Of a stretch of DNA of 64,000 bases, positions 61,260 to 64,000 are shown piece by piece; within the stretch, counting starts at the first letter, position 1; each line of letters starts with the position of its first letter. The translations under genes and the position numbers were made by a program. The notes under the pieces are model-generated. The model did no database searches. It was not told the DNA's origin and was given only the letters and a program-made list of their open reading frames with translations. The DNA is from an uncultured Clostridia bacterium (GTDB lineage Bacteria > Bacillota > Clostridia > TANB77 > CAG-508): the NCBI GenBank assembly GCA_948739805.1, contig CAPYID010000002.1:48295-112294 (forward strand), written 5' to 3'.

Positions 61260-62513
61260 GTGAGAAAGAAAATTAGCTTAATATTAATAGCTTTAATAAT
61301 TTTAGTATCTATATTAGGTACATTTTGTTCGGCAAAAGAAATTCAACCAAGAACTGTAACAGAAGATGATATAATGCCAATATCTGAAACTGCACCAGAA
61401 GAAGATGGAACAATGCCGATATCTGAAACTGCACCAGAAGATAATGACAATACAGGCACTGATAATACACCAAATTATGATATTACATATTCAGATTTAT
61501 ATGTATTTGAAGATAAAGACTATGAAATGAACCAACTTATTGATGGAAATGCATTTATTATGGTAAATGGAAATGTAAAATTTACTGGAGAAGTAAATGG
61601 TTCAGTATTTATTTTTGCAAATGGAACAGTTGAATTTACAGAAAAATCAAGAATAATAGATTCATTATATATATTTGCAAGAGAAGTAAAAGTAAACGGT
61701 TCAATATATGATATATATGGTGCTTCTGAAAGATTTGAGTTAATGGAAAATGCTTATATTAGTAGAGATATTAAAATTTCAGCAGATGATGTTAAACTTA
61801 GAGGAACTATTTATAGAGATGTATATTTAGCAGGAAATAATATTGATGTAAAAGATGAAAAGACATCATTATTAGTTGGTGGAGATTTTAATTATACAAG
61901 TGCCAAAGAAATAGAAGGTTTACAAGATATTGTATCATATGGAGAAATAAAATTTAAATTAGAGAAAGAAGACGCTGTAGAAATTTCATTAGCTGAAAAA
62001 ATAAAAGATTATGCATTTAGTGCAGTTACTTCAATTATATATGCACTTGTAATATATTTTGTACTAAAATTATTATCACCAAGATTTACAGAATCTATTG
62101 CAAAAGATTTAAAAGAAAAATCAATAATAGCATTTGTAGTAGGATTAGTAACATGGGCAATATTATTTATAGCACTCATAATGTCTATAATGATACTATT
62201 TACAGCAATAGGGTCACCAATTAGTATAATAGCATGGTTAATAATGACAATAATAATATATATTAGTTCAGCAGTATTTTCAATTTCAGTAACAGGAATA
62301 GCTAAAGATAAAATACAGGCAGTTAAAGAAAATAAAATACTAGAAATATGTTTACTAATGGTAGTAGCATTATGTGTATGGATATTACAGAAATTACCAT
62401 ATATTGGTGGACTATGCAACTTTATAATACTTACAACAGGAATAGGGCTAATAATAAGGAATGTAATAGCTAAAAAGGAGACAGAGAAAACTGTAGAACA
62501 AAACGTTGAATAA
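61260..62513 (+). CDS. membrane protein with signal/TM N-terminus, 13-aa tandem peptide repeat, beta-helix/bactofilin-like repeat region and four C-terminal TM helices
   Basis: 39-nt tandem repeat at 61374-61451 encoding MPISETAPEEDGT x2. Repetitive (V/I)xGx(V/I) strands. Hydrophobic C-terminus. Confidence 0.5.
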   Translation: MRKKISLILIALIILVSILGTFCSAKEIQPRTVTEDDIMPISETAPEEDGTMPISETAPEDNDNTGTDNTPNYDITYSDLYVFEDKDYEMNQLIDGNAFIMVNGNVKFTGEVNGSVFIFANGTVEFTEKSRIIDSLYIFAREVKVNGSIYDIYGASERFELMENAYISRDIKISADDVKLRGTIYRDVYLAGNNIDVKDEKTSLLVGGDFNYTSAKEIEGLQDIVSYGEIKFKLEKEDAVEISLAEKIKDYAFSAVTSIIYALVIYFVLKLLSPRFTESIAKDLKEKSIIAFVVGLVTWAILFIALIMSIMILFTAIGSPISIIAWLIMTIIIYISSAVFSISVTGIAKDKIQAVKENKILEICLLMVVALCVWILQKLPYIGGLCNFIILTTGIGLIIRNVIAKKETEKTVEQNVE

Positions 62514-62721
62514 GGATAAAGATAGAAAAAATAGGATTCATAAAATGAATCCTATTTTTTGGTATTTTGCTCGAAAAAGTAAGCACAATTCAAATTGGGA
62601 GTGATTTTTTGGGTAGAAACATTTTCAAAGCAACATTTACCATTTTTTTGATAGACACAATTAGAAGAACAATTTATAGTTGTCAAGACTATCACCTCAG
62701 ATAAATAGTATATTAAATTTT

Positions 62722-63351
62722 TCAAGAATTATTCCAAGTTTTGCAAAATTTGTTAATTGTACATGTATTACATTTAGGACTTCTAGCTGTACAGGTATTT
62801 CTTCCATGCCATACAAATAGGTGATTAACATCTTTTAAATATTCTTTAGGAAAAATCTTTATTAAATCTTCTTCTATTTTTAAAGGATCCAACTGAGTAG
62901 AAAGACCTATTCTATTTGAAATTCTTTTACAATGTGTATCAACAGCGACTCCATTTGCTATTCCAAAAACTTCAAGAAGAATAACATTAGCGCTTTTTCT
63001 ACCAACACCAGGTAAAGTCAATAAATCTTCCATATTATGTGGAACAACTCCATCAAAATCAGAAACAATTTTTTGAGCACAAGCCTTTATATTTTTAGCC
63101 TTATTTTTATAAAAACCACAAGGATGTATAAACTTTTCTAGTGTAGGTAAATCGATATTTGAAAAATCCTCTGGAGTATTATATTCTTTAAAAAGAGAAG
63201 GGGTAGTCTTATTTACTCTTTCATCAGTACATTGAGCAGAAAGCATAACAGAAACTACCAACTCAAAAGGATTAGTAAAATCCAAACTACATGTAGCATC
63301 TGGATATGCATCTTTTAATATTTCAATTAATTCAATATAATTAGTATTCAT
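62722..63351 (-). CDS. nth: endonuclease III (DNA glycosylase/AP lyase)
   Basis: HhH-GPD motif LPGVGRKSANVIL. C-terminal 4Fe-4S cluster CTARSPKCNTCTINKFC. ATG at 63351 preferred over the TTG at 63357. Confidence 0.85.
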   Translation of the reverse strand: MNTNYIELIEILKDAYPDATCSLDFTNPFELVVSVMLSAQCTDERVNKTTPSLFKEYNTPEDFSNIDLPTLEKFIHPCGFYKNKAKNIKACAQKIVSDFDGVVPHNMEDLLTLPGVGRKSANVILLEVFGIANGVAVDTHCKRISNRIGLSTQLDPLKIEEDLIKIFPKEYLKDVNHLFVWHGRNTCTARSPKCNTCTINKFCKTWNNS

Positions 63352-63572
63352 AATCAAATATCCTTTCTTTATAGAAACTTTAATTTTAAAATAATTGTTA
63401 TCTCACTAGGCAGATGAGATTGGAATCTAACAACGTGAGATGTCAATTATTTTAAAATTTGTAACTTTTTTATGTAAATGCAATATAATATATATCAAGG
63501 AGGTAATAAAAGAGTTTATGTCTAAAAAGTGAGAATTTTGGAAAATCTCATAAATCATACCTCAGGAAGGAA

Positions 63573-63732
63573 GAAAAAAGTTATGTTAAAATTTTTAAAG
63601 AAAACCTTAGCAGTTTGTATGATTGGATTTGGATTAGGAGTTTTACTAGTTTTATTACTTCCAATAACTGGCTGGCTATTTATAATAGGGGTAGTAGTTG
63701 TTATAGTTGGTTTAATCTGGTTATCATGTTAG
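63573..63732 (+). CDS. small hydrophobic membrane protein (53 aa)
   Basis: Two TM helices. ATG at 63573 after GGAAGGAAG. Weak support. Confidence 0.3.
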
Positions 63733-64000
63733 TTACAAAATAATTTCCATTTGGCGTTGTTGTTGCTCAGTCGATTTCTCATCAACGTGCAAACGCACGC
63801 CTCAGAGAATATCTCCTTCACACGCCTAGCCAAATAAAAATTATTTTATAACTTATTATTGTTTATATGAGAGTTAGAGAGGAGTGATAAAATGACTATA
63901 GTTGTAAAAAAAGTCCCTAAATTTTTAAGGGGATTTGTAAAGCTAATATTTGGTATTAAAGACTAATTTTACATAAGATAAATTTAAACCCTAATGTTAA

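Noticed and set aside
63740-63840. tRNA or tmRNA gene in the GC-rich stretch
   Set aside because: No acceptor-stem/T-loop (GTTCRA) arrangement or cloverleaf could be drawn. No other tRNA- or rRNA-like segment was seen in the window.

Overview
Low-GC (about 28%) Firmicutes/Clostridia-type chromosome segment, almost entirely plus-strand coding. The housekeeping backbone runs: beta-CASP nuclease (5' partial), GH15 glucoamylase-like protein, a 1069-aa protein with two tandem SpoVK/CbxX-type AAA+ modules, secA, then (after the island) polysaccharide deacetylase, NMO/FabK-like oxidoreductase, CaCA antiporter, a sigma factor, a BceRS-BceAB-like module, two further ABC systems, ddh, TetR plus an ABC-2 exporter, galE, a CpsB-type phosphatase, PadR, mntP, a heterodimeric ABC exporter, a CNNM/TlyC protein, cls, miaB, glmU, cysteine desulfurase, an ECF sigma/anti-sigma pair, and rlmN-stp-prkC-rsgA-rpe, with nth on the minus strand. 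Directly downstream of secA (about 9.97-18.86 kb) sits a composite integrative/accessory island. It contains a DUF2000 gene and a type III toxin-antitoxin (ToxN/AbiQ-family toxin with a ToxI-like RNA unit upstream). It also contains a diverged duplicate of the secA 3' end (att-type remnant), two paralogous tyrosine integrases with an excisionase, and NUDIX plus RBBP9-like hydrolase cargo. Its most novel-looking part is a tightly coupled two-gene cassette (148 aa + 314 aa, the latter with a DarT/DUF4433-like ADP-ribosyltransferase-type N-terminal motif) followed by a frameshifted DUF3800 gene and an IS30 transposase fragment. Elsewhere there is a DinJ-YafQ pair whose toxin carries an in-frame amber codon. 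Four conserved genes (DUF3800, an ABC ATPase, stp, prkC) are each broken by a +1 C insertion in the same A^GG context. A family of GC-rich palindromic intergenic repeats (GTAGGGGC / CCATTGGTCGTCCG heads) is present, plus several candidate small structured RNAs. No rRNA, tRNA or CRISPR array was seen.
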